64,000 nucleotides of DNA from Candidatus Lindowbacteria bacterium RIFCSPLOWO2_12_FULL_62_27. Lineage in GTDB: Bacteria > Lindowbacteria > 2-12-FULL-62-27. A program made the position numbers and the translations under genes. The stretch spans positions 1 through 64,000 of the forward strand of contig MFPR01000033.1 in NCBI GenBank assembly GCA_001784175.1. Reading direction: 5' to 3'. Of this stretch, positions 7,626-18,636 are shown in pieces; the stretch's first letter is position 1; each line of letters begins with the position of its first letter. The notes below the pieces were generated by a model. The model saw only the letters and a program-made list of their open reading frames with translations. It searched no databases and had not been told where the DNA came from.

Positions 7626-8894
7626 ATGAGAATGACCCGGTGTCTGACCCTTTTGGCCGTTCTGTGTTTTCCGGCAGCGGCGGCCGCCGATGATTCCGGC
7701 GCGCGCGCACCCCTGCGCACGCTCAAAGAGGCCTACGTGAGCGCGCTTCAAAACAGCGAGCGAATCACGATCAGCGCGGAGGCCGTTCGAGAGGCCGAGG
7801 CCGTCTACCGGCAGACTCTGGGCGACGCGCTGCCTGAACTCACGTACCGTCGGACGGTGACGCGAAAGGACCGCACGGGATCGACGCCCGAACGGATGTT
7901 CCGTTTGAGCAAGACGGATTTGAGCGGCTACCGGGAGCTGGCGGAATTGCGCGCGGACACAGCCGAGGTCCGACGCCTCGTCCACGAACGACTCCGGGCC
8001 GAACAGCTCCTCCTCTTCGACGTCGCGGGCGCCTTCTACGGATACCTCCAATCCGCCGAAAACATCACCGCCACAAATCGACTCGTCGACCTGTCGCGTG
8101 AACGCCTCAGCGAGCTGCAAAAACGCGTGCGCGTCGGCCGGACACGCGAAGCCGATGCCGTCGGGCAGGAATATCAGATCGAATCTCTGCTGTCCCAGCT
8201 TGAGGAAAGCGAACGTCTCCTCGAGTCCCGCGGAAACCTCCTGTCCTTTCTCGCCGACGCGCCCGTTGCCCGGCCGGACGCAATCGACGCGGGAGTGTCG
8301 CGGGCCGGGCGGACACTGCCGCCGCTGGCGAGTTTCCTCGCGCGAATCGGCGCGCGGCCCGACGTCCGGGCCGCATCGGAAAACAGGGAGTCGGCCGGGG
8401 CCCTTCTGGACGCGGCACGCGCGGACCGCCTGCCCCAGCTCGACGCGACGGCGAACTACTACACCGACCGGCCCACATCGAACGCGGGTAATGATTGGGA
8501 CGTCGCACTGACCGTGGACGTTCCTGTGTTCGACTGGAAAAAACGACAGGGCGCCGTGGATGAGGCCGCCGCGGTTCTGAAACAGCGCGAACAGGAACTT
8601 CGCGCCGCGCGCCGTCTGGCGGAATTGGAAATTCGAAATGCCTGGCGCGACTATGTCTCGGCCCGAAAACAGCTGGATCTCAGGAAAAAATCGGTCGACC
8701 TCGCGCGGCGCGACTACGAACTGCAGGCCCGCGACGACCGGCAGGGACTGGTGACCAGCCTGGAAGTCATCGAATCGCTCAACCGCCTGAACGCCGCCGA
8801 GCTGGCGCAGAACAGCGCGCGCCTCCAGGAACGGCTCGCAGCGGTCAACCTGGAAGTCGCCGCCGGATCGCGCCCTGAGGACATTCTCAAATGA
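7626..8894 (+). CDS. TolC-family outer membrane efflux protein
   Basis: Signal peptide, two OEP-like repeats (RPDV..A, LPQL, VPVFDW), overlaps RND gene start. Confidence 0.9.
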   Translation: MRMTRCLTLLAVLCFPAAAAADDSGARAPLRTLKEAYVSALQNSERITISAEAVREAEAVYRQTLGDALPELTYRRTVTRKDRTGSTPERMFRLSKTDLSGYRELAELRADTAEVRRLVHERLRAEQLLLFDVAGAFYGYLQSAENITATNRLVDLSRERLSELQKRVRVGRTREADAVGQEYQIESLLSQLEESERLLESRGNLLSFLADAPVARPDAIDAGVSRAGRTLPPLASFLARIGARPDVRAASENRESAGALLDAARADRLPQLDATANYYTDRPTSNAGNDWDVALTVDVPVFDWKKRQGAVDEAAAVLKQREQELRAARRLAELEIRNAWRDYVSARKQLDLRKKSVDLARRDYELQARDDRQGLVTSLEVIESLNRLNAAELAQNSARLQERLAAVNLEVAAGSRPEDILK

Positions 8895-11800
8895 TTCTCT
8901 CGGACCTTTCGATCAAGAAACCCGTCTTCGCCTGGATGATCATGCTGTCCCTCCTCCTCTTCGGCGGCATCGCGTTTCACCGTCTCGGCGTTTCGCAGAA
9001 TCCCGACGTCGACTCGCCCGTCGTCAACGTCCGGCTGTCCTGGGAAGGCGCGGGCCCGGAGGTGATGGAGAGCGAAGTGGTCGATCCCGTCGAGGAGTCG
9101 ATGATGACGGTCGAGGGAATCAAGAAGGTCAGGTCGACCAGCCGGTTCGGTTCCGCCAACATCACGGCGGAATTCGAGTTGTCCAAAGACATCGACGTCG
9201 CGGTTCAAGAAGTTCAGACGAAACTCGCGCAGGCCCGGCGCAATCTCCCGGCCGAGATGGATCCGGCCGTCATCCAGAAGGTGAACCCCGAGGATGAGCC
9301 GATCATGTGGATCGGCGTCTCGGGAACGCGCCCGCAGAGGGAAATCGCCGCGTACGTGCGGGACCACATCATCGACCGGTTCCAGACGATTCCGGGCGCC
9401 GGGGAAGTCACGATGGGCGGCTACACGGATCCGAATCTTCGCGTCTGGCTCAATCTCGAAAAAATGAACGACCTCCAGATCACCGTGGATGACATCCTCT
9501 CGGCGATCCAGGCCCAGCACTCCGAGATGCCGGCCGGCGTGCTTCAGTCCGAGCGGGAGGAACAGAACGTCCGCGTGATGGGCGAGGCGGCGACGGCGGA
9601 GGAATTCCGGCGCATCACGATTCCGCAGAGAGTCGGGCAGGGAATCCTCTGGCGGACGATCCGGTTGGGCGACATCGCCGACATCGAGGAGGGCCTGGCC
9701 GATGTCCGGCGCATTTCGCGCGTCAACGGCGAACCGTCCATCGGGCTTGGCATCCGAAAACAGCGCGGGGCCAACGCGGTGGACGTTGCGCGCCGGGCCA
9801 AGGCCGAGATCGAGGAGATCCGCGCGGAACAACCGGAGGGAATCAAAATCGGCGTCAATTTCGACAGCACCCGTTTTATCGAGGACAACATCCGCGAACT
9901 GATGACCACCCTCATCATGGCCGTCCTCTTCACATCGGTCGTCTGCTGGCTGTTTCTCGGATCGTGGACGTCCACCTTGAACGTGATCCTCGCGATTCCG
10001 ACCGCGCTCGGCGGGACATTCATGGTCATCTACTTTCTGGGATTCACGCTCAACACCATCACCCTGATGGCGATTTCGCTGGTGGTCGGAATCGTGGTGG
10101 ACGACGCGATCGTCGTTCTGGAAAATATCGCGCGGCGGCGGGAGATGGGCGAATCCCGGATCCACGCGGCGGTCCACGGCGCGCGGGAAATCACCTTTTC
10201 GGTCATCGTCATCTCGAGCGCCGTCGCGGCGATTTTTCTGCCCGTGGCGTTCATGCGCGGTGTGGTCGGCAAGTTTTTCTACGAGTTCGGCGTCACCGTC
10301 ACCGTGGCCGTCGCGTTTTCGCTGCTCGAAGCCATCACCCTCGCGCCGATGCGGTGCAGCCAGTTTCTCCAAGTCGGCCATGCATCACGCGTCGGCAGGG
10401 TGACGGACCGGCTCATGCGGTCTCTCACGGGCGCCTATCGGACCGCGCTCGACGCGGCGCTCCGGCACCGCTGGAAGGTCCTCGCGGGCGCGACGGCCGT
10501 TTTCGCGCTCTCGCTCGGCATTGCCGGAAAACTCCGGCAGGAGATGCTTCCGCCGCAGGACACCGGAACGTTCATCGTCCGGTTTCAGACGCCGCCCGGC
10601 TCATCGCTCGCGTTCACCAATGAGGTTTTTCGAAAGATCGAGGATTTTTTCAGCCGGCGTCCGGAAGTGGTGAAATATTTCGGCAATGTCGGCGGATTTC
10701 AAGGCGGCGAGGTCAACAGCGGCAGGATTTTCGTCACGATGCAGCCGTTGAAGGAGCGGCCCCTCGCTCCCGGCAAGAACCGGCCGATCACCCAGCAGGA
10801 ATTTCAGACGATCGTCCGCAAGGGTCTCAAGGACATTCCGGGCCTTCACCGCGTGGCGCTTCAGGACCGCTCGCAGACCGTCGGCAATATCGGCGGCGGC
10901 CGGTCCTATCCCGTCGAAATCGCCGTGTACGGGCCCGACTGGGACAGCCTCGGCGCCTACTCGGAGCGGATTCGCGGCCGGCTCATGGAATCGGGCGCGG
11001 CGGTCGATGTCGACGTGAGCTACCAGGTCGGCGTGCCGGAAGTGAGGATCATTCCGGACCGGGAGGCGGCGGCGGCCCGGGGAGTGACGGTTGCGGCGAT
11101 CGCGCGAACGATCAACGCGACGGTGGGCGGGATCCGCGCCGGAAAATATACGAAAGGCGGCCGGAGATATGACATCCGCGTCAGCCTGACCGACGCGAAC
11201 CGGACCGGCGAAGCCGACATTTCGAAGCTCTGGGTGCGCAACGTCCGCGGCGAGATGGTCCGGCTGGCGGACGTCACCCGGATTCTGGCGAAGCCGACGC
11301 TTCTGTCGGTCCAGCGCGAGGACCGCGAGCGGTCGGTGACCGTTTTCGGCAACGTCACGCCGGGCAGATCCCAGTCCGAGGCGGTGTCGGCCGCCCTGCG
11401 GATCGCGAAGGAAATTCTGCCGGACGGTTATCACGCCACGCCCACCGGCAGCGCGGAGCAGATGCGCGAAACGTTTCTCGAACTCATCTTCGCCCTCGTC
11501 CTCGGCGTCGCCATCGCCTATATGATTCTCGGCGCGCAGTTCAACAGCTTCGTCCATCCCTTCACGATCCTGCTCGCACTGCCCTTCAGCCTCTCCGGCG
11601 CCCTGGCCGCGCTCTGGGCATGGGGACATTCCATCAACATGATGAGCATGATCGGAATTCTTCTTCTGATGGGCATCGTCAAGAAAAATGCGATCCTGCT
11701 GGTGGACTTCACAAACGCCCGGCGCGAGGCCGGCCTGCCCAAACGCGACGCGATTCTGGAGGCCTGCCCTCTGCGCCTTCGCCCGATCTTGATGACCTCC

Positions 11801-12037
11801 TTCGCGATCATCGCCGGCGCGCTTCCCAGCGCCATCGCGCTGGGCGCCGGAGCGGAACTTCGCGCCCCCATGGCCACCGTCGTCATCGGCGGCACACTCG
11901 TGTCGACCTTGATGACCCTCTTCGTCGTCCCCTGCGCCTACAGCCTCCTCGCGCGCCTCGAGTCCAGACGCAAGGACGCGCGTCTGGCCGAAGTCAACGA
12001 GGCTCTGGCCGCCCCGGACTCTCGTCAAGAATCATAA
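8891..12037 (+). CDS. RND efflux permease (AcrB/MdtBC family)
   Basis: 1048 aa; VGIVVDDAIVVLENI, GIVKKNAILLVDF, RLRPILMT. Confidence 0.97.
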   Translation: MILSDLSIKKPVFAWMIMLSLLLFGGIAFHRLGVSQNPDVDSPVVNVRLSWEGAGPEVMESEVVDPVEESMMTVEGIKKVRSTSRFGSANITAEFELSKDIDVAVQEVQTKLAQARRNLPAEMDPAVIQKVNPEDEPIMWIGVSGTRPQREIAAYVRDHIIDRFQTIPGAGEVTMGGYTDPNLRVWLNLEKMNDLQITVDDILSAIQAQHSEMPAGVLQSEREEQNVRVMGEAATAEEFRRITIPQRVGQGILWRTIRLGDIADIEEGLADVRRISRVNGEPSIGLGIRKQRGANAVDVARRAKAEIEEIRAEQPEGIKIGVNFDSTRFIEDNIRELMTTLIMAVLFTSVVCWLFLGSWTSTLNVILAIPTALGGTFMVIYFLGFTLNTITLMAISLVVGIVVDDAIVVLENIARRREMGESRIHAAVHGAREITFSVIVISSAVAAIFLPVAFMRGVVGKFFYEFGVTVTVAVAFSLLEAITLAPMRCSQFLQVGHASRVGRVTDRLMRSLTGAYRTALDAALRHRWKVLAGATAVFALSLGIAGKLRQEMLPPQDTGTFIVRFQTPPGSSLAFTNEVFRKIEDFFSRRPEVVKYFGNVGGFQGGEVNSGRIFVTMQPLKERPLAPGKNRPITQQEFQTIVRKGLKDIPGLHRVALQDRSQTVGNIGGGRSYPVEIAVYGPDWDSLGAYSERIRGRLMESGAAVDVDVSYQVGVPEVRIIPDREAAAARGVTVAAIARTINATVGGIRAGKYTKGGRRYDIRVSLTDANRTGEADISKLWVRNVRGEMVRLADVTRILAKPTLLSVQREDRERSVTVFGNVTPGRSQSEAVSAALRIAKEILPDGYHATPTGSAEQMRETFLELIFALVLGVAIAYMILGAQFNSFVHPFTILLALPFSLSGALAALWAWGHSINMMSMIGILLLMGIVKKNAILLVDFTNARREAGLPKRDAILEACPLRLRPILMTSFAIIAGALPSAIALGAGAELRAPMATVVIGGTLVSTLMTLFVVPCAYSLLARLESRRKDARLAEVNEALAAPDSRQES

Positions 12038-13722
12038 TGCACGGACTTCTGCAGGATCTTGGCATTACCATTATCATCGCCACCTTGGTCAATCTGTTAA
12101 CGCACCGGCTCAAACAGCCCAGCATTCTCGGATATTTGGCGGTCGGAATCATCATTGGGCCCAACATCGGACCCCAGTTGATTTCCGACGCGGCACACAT
12201 AGATATCATTTCTGAAATCGGATTGATCCTGCTGCTGTTCATCATCGGACTCGAAATGGATATCCCCAAACTGATGAAGAGCGGCAAGGAGCTGGTCGTT
12301 GCGGGAGTGGGTCAGTTTCTGCTCAGCGTGGTTTACGGCGTGGTCTTCTTCAGTCTCATGGGGTACGCGCTCCAAAGCAGAAAACTCGACGCGCTCTATC
12401 TCGCAATTTTTTGCGGACTGAGCAGCACGGCCATTGTGGTCAAACTTCTCTACGACAAATTCGAGCTGGACACGCTGTCGGGGCGGATCACTTTGGGCGT
12501 ACTTATTTTTCAGGATATTTGGGCCATCCTCATTATTTCGTTTCAACCACACTTTCATCACCCCCAAGCGTCTATTTTCGCCCTGACCATCCTGAAAACC
12601 GCCGCGCTTCTGGCAACGGGATTCTTCTTCGGTAAATACATCCTGTCCCGTCTGTACGCGGCGATCTGCAAGGAGCCGGAGCTGGTCGTGATCGTGTCGA
12701 TCGGCTGGTGCGCCTTGATGGCGGTTCTGGCGGGATTTCTGGGGCTTTCCAAGGAGATGGGCGCGCTGGTGGCCGGTCTTTCGGTCTCGACGTTTCCGTA
12801 CAGCATCCATGTCACTGCCAAAATCGGGCCGCTCAGGGACTTTTTCCTGACGCTGTTTTTTATTTCGCTGGGCATGAGCATTCCGATGCTCGAGGTCAGT
12901 ATGCTGAAAGCGGCGGGGGTGCTGGTCGTTTTTGTGTACCTTTCCCGGTTCCTGTCGGTCTATCCGCTTCTTGCGCTCTGCGGCTCCGGCCGCCGGACCG
13001 CTTTTTTATCGAGCTTGAATTTGAGCCAGATCAGCGAATTTTCTCTGGTGATCGCCACGCTGGCCATCAGCCACAAGCACATCGACCCGGAGACGATGTC
13101 GACCGTTCTCTACGCCATGGCCCTGACATCGATCCTCACGTCCTATCAGATCAAATACAGTCAGAATCTGTTCCTTCTGTTCGACCGGACGATGAATCGT
13201 CTCGGGGTTCGGGGCCGCGAGGCGAAACTCGAAGAGGAAGTGACGAAGGGCGAGGCGTATCCGATTGTGGTTCTGGGCTACCACCGGGGAGCGCGCGCGT
13301 TTACGGACGCGATCGCCCGGGAGCAGCCGGAACTTCTGAAAAAAATATTGGTGGTCGACTTTAATCTGGAAATCCTGAAGGAGCTTCAGGGACAGGGCAT
13401 TCACGGCATGTTCGGCGACGTCAGCAGCCTCGACACGCTCATGCACGCGCACATCGACAAGGCCGGGCTGATTCTATCGACCATCCCGGATCTTCTGCTG
13501 AAGGGAACCGATAACGTCAAGCTTGTCCGCATGTGCCGGAGAGTCGCGCCGGAGGCCGCCATCGTGGCGACGGCCGACTTCAAGGACCAGATTCCGGCGC
13601 TGAAAGAGGCGGGAGCGACGCAGGTCCTCCTGCCCTATTCACTGGCCGGCGAGCAACTGGCCGGCTTTGTCATGGATCGCCTGCCGGCCCTGGATATCGA
13701 ATCTACTCCCACACCGCCCTGA
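12037..13722 (+). CDS. Cation:proton antiporter (CPA2/Kef-type) with C-terminal KTN/RCK domain
   Basis: Start MHGLLQDLG overlaps RND stop (TAATG); [35 protein letters not shown]. Confidence 0.93.
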   Translation: MHGLLQDLGITIIIATLVNLLTHRLKQPSILGYLAVGIIIGPNIGPQLISDAAHIDIISEIGLILLLFIIGLEMDIPKLMKSGKELVVAGVGQFLLSVVYGVVFFSLMGYALQSRKLDALYLAIFCGLSSTAIVVKLLYDKFELDTLSGRITLGVLIFQDIWAILIISFQPHFHHPQASIFALTILKTAALLATGFFFGKYILSRLYAAICKEPELVVIVSIGWCALMAVLAGFLGLSKEMGALVAGLSVSTFPYSIHVTAKIGPLRDFFLTLFFISLGMSIPMLEVSMLKAAGVLVVFVYLSRFLSVYPLLALCGSGRRTAFLSSLNLSQISEFSLVIATLAISHKHIDPETMSTVLYAMALTSILTSYQIKYSQNLFLLFDRTMNRLGVRGREAKLEEEVTKGEAYPIVVLGYHRGARAFTDAIAREQPELLKKILVVDFNLEILKELQGQGIHGMFGDVSSLDTLMHAHIDKAGLILSTIPDLLLKGTDNVKLVRMCRRVAPEAAIVATADFKDQIPALKEAGATQVLLPYSLAGEQLAGFVMDRLPALDIESTPTPP

Positions 13723-14758
13723 GACGCGCGTCGCGGCCGCAGCCGAAGCGGTAGTATTTGTATCGGAGCGGATTTTTCAGATAGTAGTCCTGGTGGTATT
13801 CCTCCGCCGGATAAAACGGGACGGCGGCGCGGATCGGCGTCACGATCCGGCCCTTCTCTTTGAGGCGCGACCTCACCGATTCCAGCGATTGCTCCGCCTG
13901 CTTCTTCTGTTCATCGTCCAGGTAATAAACGGCGCTCGTGTATTGATCGCCCTTGTCGCAGAACTGGCCGCGCTCGTCCAGAGGATCCACGTTGCGCCAG
14001 AAGACCGACAGGAGGTCCGCGTACTTGATCTTCGTCGGATCATACACGACTTCGATGGCCTCCACGTGGCCCGTGCCGCCCTCGCAGACATCCTCGTAGG
14101 TCGGGTTGGCCGCGCGGCCGCCCGTGTAGCCCACCTGGGTCAAGAGAACGCCCCGGTCCTTGAGCGCGTCGAACGGCGGCTGCATGCACCAGAAACATCC
14201 GCCGGCGAAAACCGCGCGCGCCGCCTTGCTTTTTTCGGGGGCGGCGCCAAACTGCCCTTCGTACTCCGCGTAGCCCTCCTTCGCCAGGTCCTCTCTTGGA
14301 ATGAACCGCAGCGCCGCCGAATTGATGCAATACCGCAGGCCGGTGGGCGCCGGGCCGTCGTCAAACACGTGGCCGAGATGACTGCTCGCGTGCCGGCTCC
14401 GGACTTCGGTCCGTACCATGAAGAACGCCCGGTCCGTTTTCTCCGCGATGTTGTCCTTGACCAGCGGCCGCGTGAAACTCGGCCAGCCGGTCTTCGAATC
14501 GAACTTGTCCACGGAACTGAACAGCGGCTCGCCCGACACGACGTCGACGTAGATGCCGGCGCGATGCTCGTTCCAGTATTCGTTCTGAAAGGGCCGCTCC
14601 GTCCCCTCCTCCTGCGTGACTTCGTACTGAAGTTTCGTGAGTTTCTTTTTCAATTCCTCCTGCGTCGGCTTCTTGAAATCCCTCATGTCCCGTCCCTCCA
14701 TTGGTGTCACGACGGCGAACCCAACCACCGCCGTCATCAGAATCACCGTGTATCTCAT
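13703..14758 (-). CDS. msrAB: Exported bifunctional methionine sulfoxide reductase (MsrB-MsrA fusion)
   Basis: GWPSF, HLGHVF, RYCINS (MsrB); [16 protein letters not shown] (MsrA); N-terminal hydrophobic segment; start codon uncertain. Confidence 0.95.
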   Translation of the reverse strand: MRYTVILMTAVVGFAVVTPMEGRDMRDFKKPTQEELKKKLTKLQYEVTQEEGTERPFQNEYWNEHRAGIYVDVVSGEPLFSSVDKFDSKTGWPSFTRPLVKDNIAEKTDRAFFMVRTEVRSRHASSHLGHVFDDGPAPTGLRYCINSAALRFIPREDLAKEGYAEYEGQFGAAPEKSKAARAVFAGGCFWCMQPPFDALKDRGVLLTQVGYTGGRAANPTYEDVCEGGTGHVEAIEVVYDPTKIKYADLLSVFWRNVDPLDERGQFCDKGDQYTSAVYYLDDEQKKQAEQSLESVRSRLKEKGRIVTPIRAAVPFYPAEEYHQDYYLKNPLRYKYYRFGCGRDARLRAVWE

Positions 14759-14762
14759 CCCA

Positions 14763-16352
14763 TCACTCATCCCGCCTGCCTCCAAAGGTTATCAGGAATT
14801 CAGACCCGCCGCCCGATCGGGGCTGGACCCAGGCACGGCCGCCGTGCCGCTCCGCCGCCTGCCGGACAATCGCAAGCCCCGCGCCGGTGCCTTCGACGCT
14901 GCGGCCCACGCCGCGCTCGAACAACTGAAAAATCCGTTCGGATATTTCCGGCGCGACGCCGGGACCGCGATCCTGCACCGAAAAGCCCGCGCCCTCCGGA
15001 CCCCTGTAGCCGGCGATTTCGATCTCCGGCGACTGACCGTCGCGCACGAACTTGAGCGCGTTCGACAGCAGATTGTACACGGCCTCGACCGCCGTCGTCC
15101 GGTCCACCTCCAGAACGGGCAGAGACGCGTGAACGCGAATCCGCGCGCGACGTTCCCGGATCCGGCTCTCCAGCCGGTCCATGGCGTCCTGGACAATTTC
15201 ACGCCCCGGCACTTTCTCTTTTACCATCTCTTTCCGCTTCACGCGCGACAAAAGAAGGATGTCCTCCAGAAGCTGCCGCATCCGCCCGGAGGCCTTGACG
15301 ACGCGGCTGAGATAATCGCGGCCTTTTTCGCCTAGGTCCTTTTCGTACCGGTCCGTCAGCCTCATCGAAAAAGTGTCGATAGACCTGAGCGGCTCTCTCA
15401 AATCGTGGGCGATGACGTCCAGCATCATGCCGAGGTCGCGGTTGGCGAATTCGAGATCCTTGGCGTATTCGCGGCTCAGGCGCTCGGTCCGCACCCGTTC
15501 CGAAACGGCCGCCGCCAAAATCAGGGCCGTCACCGCCACGACCGCGACATATATTTGTAGAAGCGCGAGGCTCGCGGCGAGCGTATCGACGCGAAACGGG
15601 CCATGCCCGCCGGCGGTGCCCCAGATGGCGATACTCGCGGCGAGAAACGTCGACGCGGCGGACGCGGCGGGGCCCATGCGCAGGGCGATCCAGATGGAAA
15701 AGGGAAAGATCAAATAAGGCAACGCGTAATTTTTCGGGATGCGCGCGACCACGTCGCCAAAGAGCGCGAGGCTCACGATCGCCATCATCCCCATCGCGAC
15801 CGCCGCTTCCACGCACCGGCGCGGTTTGTACCGCAAGCCCCGCCAGCCGCTCAGCGTCAACAGGACCGGGGCCATGACGAGATTGCCGAGAATGTCGCCC
15901 AGCCACCACGCCTGCCATGTGGAACGGACCGCGGGTCCCGCGACAAGCCCGCCCAACCACAGGCTCCCCACGCCCAGCGTCGCGCTCACGAGCGTGCTGA
16001 TCAGGGCCGCCAGAACAATCAGGCCCAGCGCGTCCTTCACCCGGTCCAGGGCCGGCCTAAAATCGGCGAACCGCCGGAGCAGATAAACCCCGAGCACCGC
16101 TTCGAGCGTGTTCCCCGCGGCGATCCCGCAGGCGCTGAAGAAAGGAGCGCCGGTGTGGAAGTTGATCGAAAACGCGCCGATCGCGATCCCGGGCCACAGC
16201 CGGCCGCCGAACAGCATGAGCGCCGCAAGGGAGATGCCGGTGGGCGGCCACACCAGGGTGGCGAACCCGCTGACGGCGTCCATCCCCAGCCCGAACTTGG
16301 CCGTCACAAAATAAACGCCGGCCAGGACAACAACCTGCATGAGATGCTTCAT
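14763..16352 (-). CDS. MASE1-domain sensor histidine kinase
   Basis: LVWPPTG and WWLGD (MASE1); [28 protein letters not shown]. Confidence 0.93.
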   Translation of the reverse strand: MKHLMQVVVLAGVYFVTAKFGLGMDAVSGFATLVWPPTGISLAALMLFGGRLWPGIAIGAFSINFHTGAPFFSACGIAAGNTLEAVLGVYLLRRFADFRPALDRVKDALGLIVLAALISTLVSATLGVGSLWLGGLVAGPAVRSTWQAWWLGDILGNLVMAPVLLTLSGWRGLRYKPRRCVEAAVAMGMMAIVSLALFGDVVARIPKNYALPYLIFPFSIWIALRMGPAASAASTFLAASIAIWGTAGGHGPFRVDTLAASLALLQIYVAVVAVTALILAAAVSERVRTERLSREYAKDLEFANRDLGMMLDVIAHDLREPLRSIDTFSMRLTDRYEKDLGEKGRDYLSRVVKASGRMRQLLEDILLLSRVKRKEMVKEKVPGREIVQDAMDRLESRIRERRARIRVHASLPVLEVDRTTAVEAVYNLLSNALKFVRDGQSPEIEIAGYRGPEGAGFSVQDRGPGVAPEISERIFQLFERGVGRSVEGTGAGLAIVRQAAERHGGRAWVQPRSGGGSEFLITFGGRRDE

Positions 16353-16443
16353 GTGGTTATTTCATTTTCCGATCTTGCAAACCCCCTGTCAACCAGATTA
16401 TCTGACCCCCATGAGGGCAAGACGAACCCGCGGAGGTAAACGG

Positions 16444-17382
16444 ATGCGGCCCGTCATTCTCGTGACGGAGCCGGCCTATTTCAAAAGCGTGATGCGGCGG
16501 CTGTCCGCAATCGGCCGGGTCGTGCTCGGAAGCCCGGACCGCAGGGATCTCGAGCGCAGGATTCCCCGGTGCGATGTCGCGCTGATCCGCGTGGAAACGG
16601 CGCTGGACCGCGCGCTCATCGAACGGGCGCGGAGGCTCCGCCTGATCGCCAGCGCCACCACCGGGATCAATCACATAGATGCCGACGCCGCCCGGCAACG
16701 GGGCGTGCGCATCCTCCACCTCCACGGCGCGCACACCCGGCCCACCGCCGAACACGCCTTCGCGCTCCTGCTCGCGCTCGCGCGGCGCATCCCGGCCGCC
16801 CACGAGTCGATGAGGGCGGGCCGATGGGACCGCGCGCGATGGATCGGCCGGCAACTGGCCGGAAAAAATATCGGAGTGATCGGCGTCGGAAGGATCGGCC
16901 GGACCGTCGCCCGGATGGCGCACGCGTTTGGCATGAATGTGCTGGCGTATGATCCGTATGTCCCGCGAACCGCGGCCCCGTTCGCCCGCTGGCGCCGAAC
17001 GCTCGGCGATCTGCTCCGGCCGTCTCACGTGGTCACGCTGCACGCGGCGCTGACGGCGGAAACACGAGGAATGATCGGCCGGCGGCAGTTCGATCAGATG
17101 CGGCCGGGCAGCCTCCTCGTCAACACGGCCCGCGGCCGGATCGTGGACGAGGCCGCGCTTCTTGCGGCCCTTCGCTCGGGCCGGATCGCGGGCGCGGCGA
17201 TCGACGTGTTCTCAACCGAACCGCTGCCCCGATCGAGCCCCTTGAGGAGGTACGCGCGCCGGCGGGACAATCTGATCCTGACGCCGCACTTGGGCGCGTC
17301 GACCGCCGAAGCCGTTCAGGCGGCGGCGGTTGAAATGGCGGAGGGGATAGAGATGTTTCTGAAACGATCAGGTCTCGTCTGA
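16444..17382 (+). CDS. D-isomer-specific 2-hydroxyacid dehydrogenase (SerA-like catalytic domain)
   Basis: GVIGVGRIG, LVNTARG, DVFSTEP, LTPHLGAST; GGAGGT RBS before ATG 16444. Confidence 0.92.
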   Translation: MRPVILVTEPAYFKSVMRRLSAIGRVVLGSPDRRDLERRIPRCDVALIRVETALDRALIERARRLRLIASATTGINHIDADAARQRGVRILHLHGAHTRPTAEHAFALLLALARRIPAAHESMRAGRWDRARWIGRQLAGKNIGVIGVGRIGRTVARMAHAFGMNVLAYDPYVPRTAAPFARWRRTLGDLLRPSHVVTLHAALTAETRGMIGRRQFDQMRPGSLLVNTARGRIVDEAALLAALRSGRIAGAAIDVFSTEPLPRSSPLRRYARRRDNLILTPHLGASTAEAVQAAAVEMAEGIEMFLKRSGLV

Positions 17383-18636
17383 AGGAATTTCAAACGTTAC
17401 GCCCTCCAGGAGCTTCAGCCGCCGGGCGGTGTCAAAGATGGGCCGGATGGTGGTGAAAAAGTTTCCGTAGTCGCCGTCCCCTTTTCGGAGCCGGACTGGC
17501 GTCGTGACCGTGCCGTTTTCGGCGGCGCGCGCGGCGGTCTCGCCGATCTTCCGGCGAATCTCGGCCACATCGTCGGGATGGACCATCTCAAACCACGTGA
17601 ACTCCAGCGGCCCCTGCTCCGGGTATCCCAGTTCCGCGCGGCCCTTCCGGGAAATCATCTGGAACCGGCCGTCGGGGAAAATCCGCCAGAGGTTGACCGG
17701 CGCATACTGGACGGTGTCCCACATTTCCTTTTCTTTTTCCTGTATCCGGACGTCCGCTTCCAGCCGCTCGATCTCCATCGCCGCGCGCTTGGAAAACATC
17801 TGCAGCACACGGTAATCGTATTCCCCAAATCCGCCGCGGTTCGACCGAAGCACACAGATCACGCCCAGGACCTTTCCGGAAGAATGAATAATCGGGTAGC
17901 CCAGATAGCCGCGACATCCGTATTGCACCACGCACGGGTCCTGCCGCGTGCGCTCGTCGGCCGCCATGTCGGGAATCCCGAGGACGGCCCGGCTGTGAAT
18001 CGGAATTGCACAGATGGCCTCCTCAAGCGGCTCGCCGCCCTGCGCCATCAGTTCCGCCGGCACGTTCGCGGCGTACGCGAACCGCAGGTACTCACCCTCC
18101 ACCAGATTGATCATGACCCACGGCCGGCCCGGGAAATAGGTGGCGACGCGCGCGGGAAGCTGCCGGAGAATTTCCACCGGCGAGCCGCTCAGGCTCAGAA
18201 GTTCGATCGGTTCCGCCAGAATCCGCTCCATCCGGCTGACATCCCGGAACACCGCGAACCCGCCGATGATCTCATGCCGGTTGTTTTTCATGGCTGCGCA
18301 GTTCAGGCTCACCATCACCGGGTCTCCGCCTTTGCGCTTGATCCGCGCCTCCATGGTTCCCAACCACTGGCCGTTCTTGAGTACGGAATGGAGCGCGGCC
18401 TGGATGCGGGATCGATCATCCTCCGTAAACGTGTCCAGCACCGGCCGATGCAGAATCTCGGCGGACGAGTAACCCGTCAGGTGCAGAAACGCGCGGTTCA
18501 CATAGATCGCGCGCCCCTCCATATCCACCACGCGGATCGCGTCCGGCAGGATGTCGAAGGCTGGCCCGAGCTGGTCGAGCAGAAGCTTCAGTTCCTCGAG
18601 TTTGGTGGGCGCGGCTACTTCCACTTGATGGAACAT
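17368..18636 (-). CDS. PAS-GAF-PAS sensor protein with no output domain
   Basis: YVNRAF..TGYS..E (PAS), DMAADER..YLGYPI..G.VLGVICV (GAF), VHPDD (PAS), then stop. Confidence 0.85.
   Translation of the reverse strand: MFHQVEVAAPTKLEELKLLLDQLGPAFDILPDAIRVVDMEGRAIYVNRAFLHLTGYSSAEILHRPVLDTFTEDDRSRIQAALHSVLKNGQWLGTMEARIKRKGGDPVMVSLNCAAMKNNRHEIIGGFAVFRDVSRMERILAEPIELLSLSGSPVEILRQLPARVATYFPGRPWVMINLVEGEYLRFAYAANVPAELMAQGGEPLEEAICAIPIHSRAVLGIPDMAADERTRQDPCVVQYGCRGYLGYPIIHSSGKVLGVICVLRSNRGGFGEYDYRVLQMFSKRAAMEIERLEADVRIQEKEKEMWDTVQYAPVNLWRIFPDGRFQMISRKGRAELGYPEQGPLEFTWFEMVHPDDVAEIRRKIGETAARAAENGTVTTPVRLRKGDGDYGNFFTTIRPIFDTARRLKLLEGVTFEIPSDET

Noticed and set aside
11620-12036. N-terminal extension of the antiporter ORF (similar extensions for pbpC, fadJ, corC and the TPR gene)
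   Set aside because: Overlaps the upstream gene; coupled downstream starts fit better
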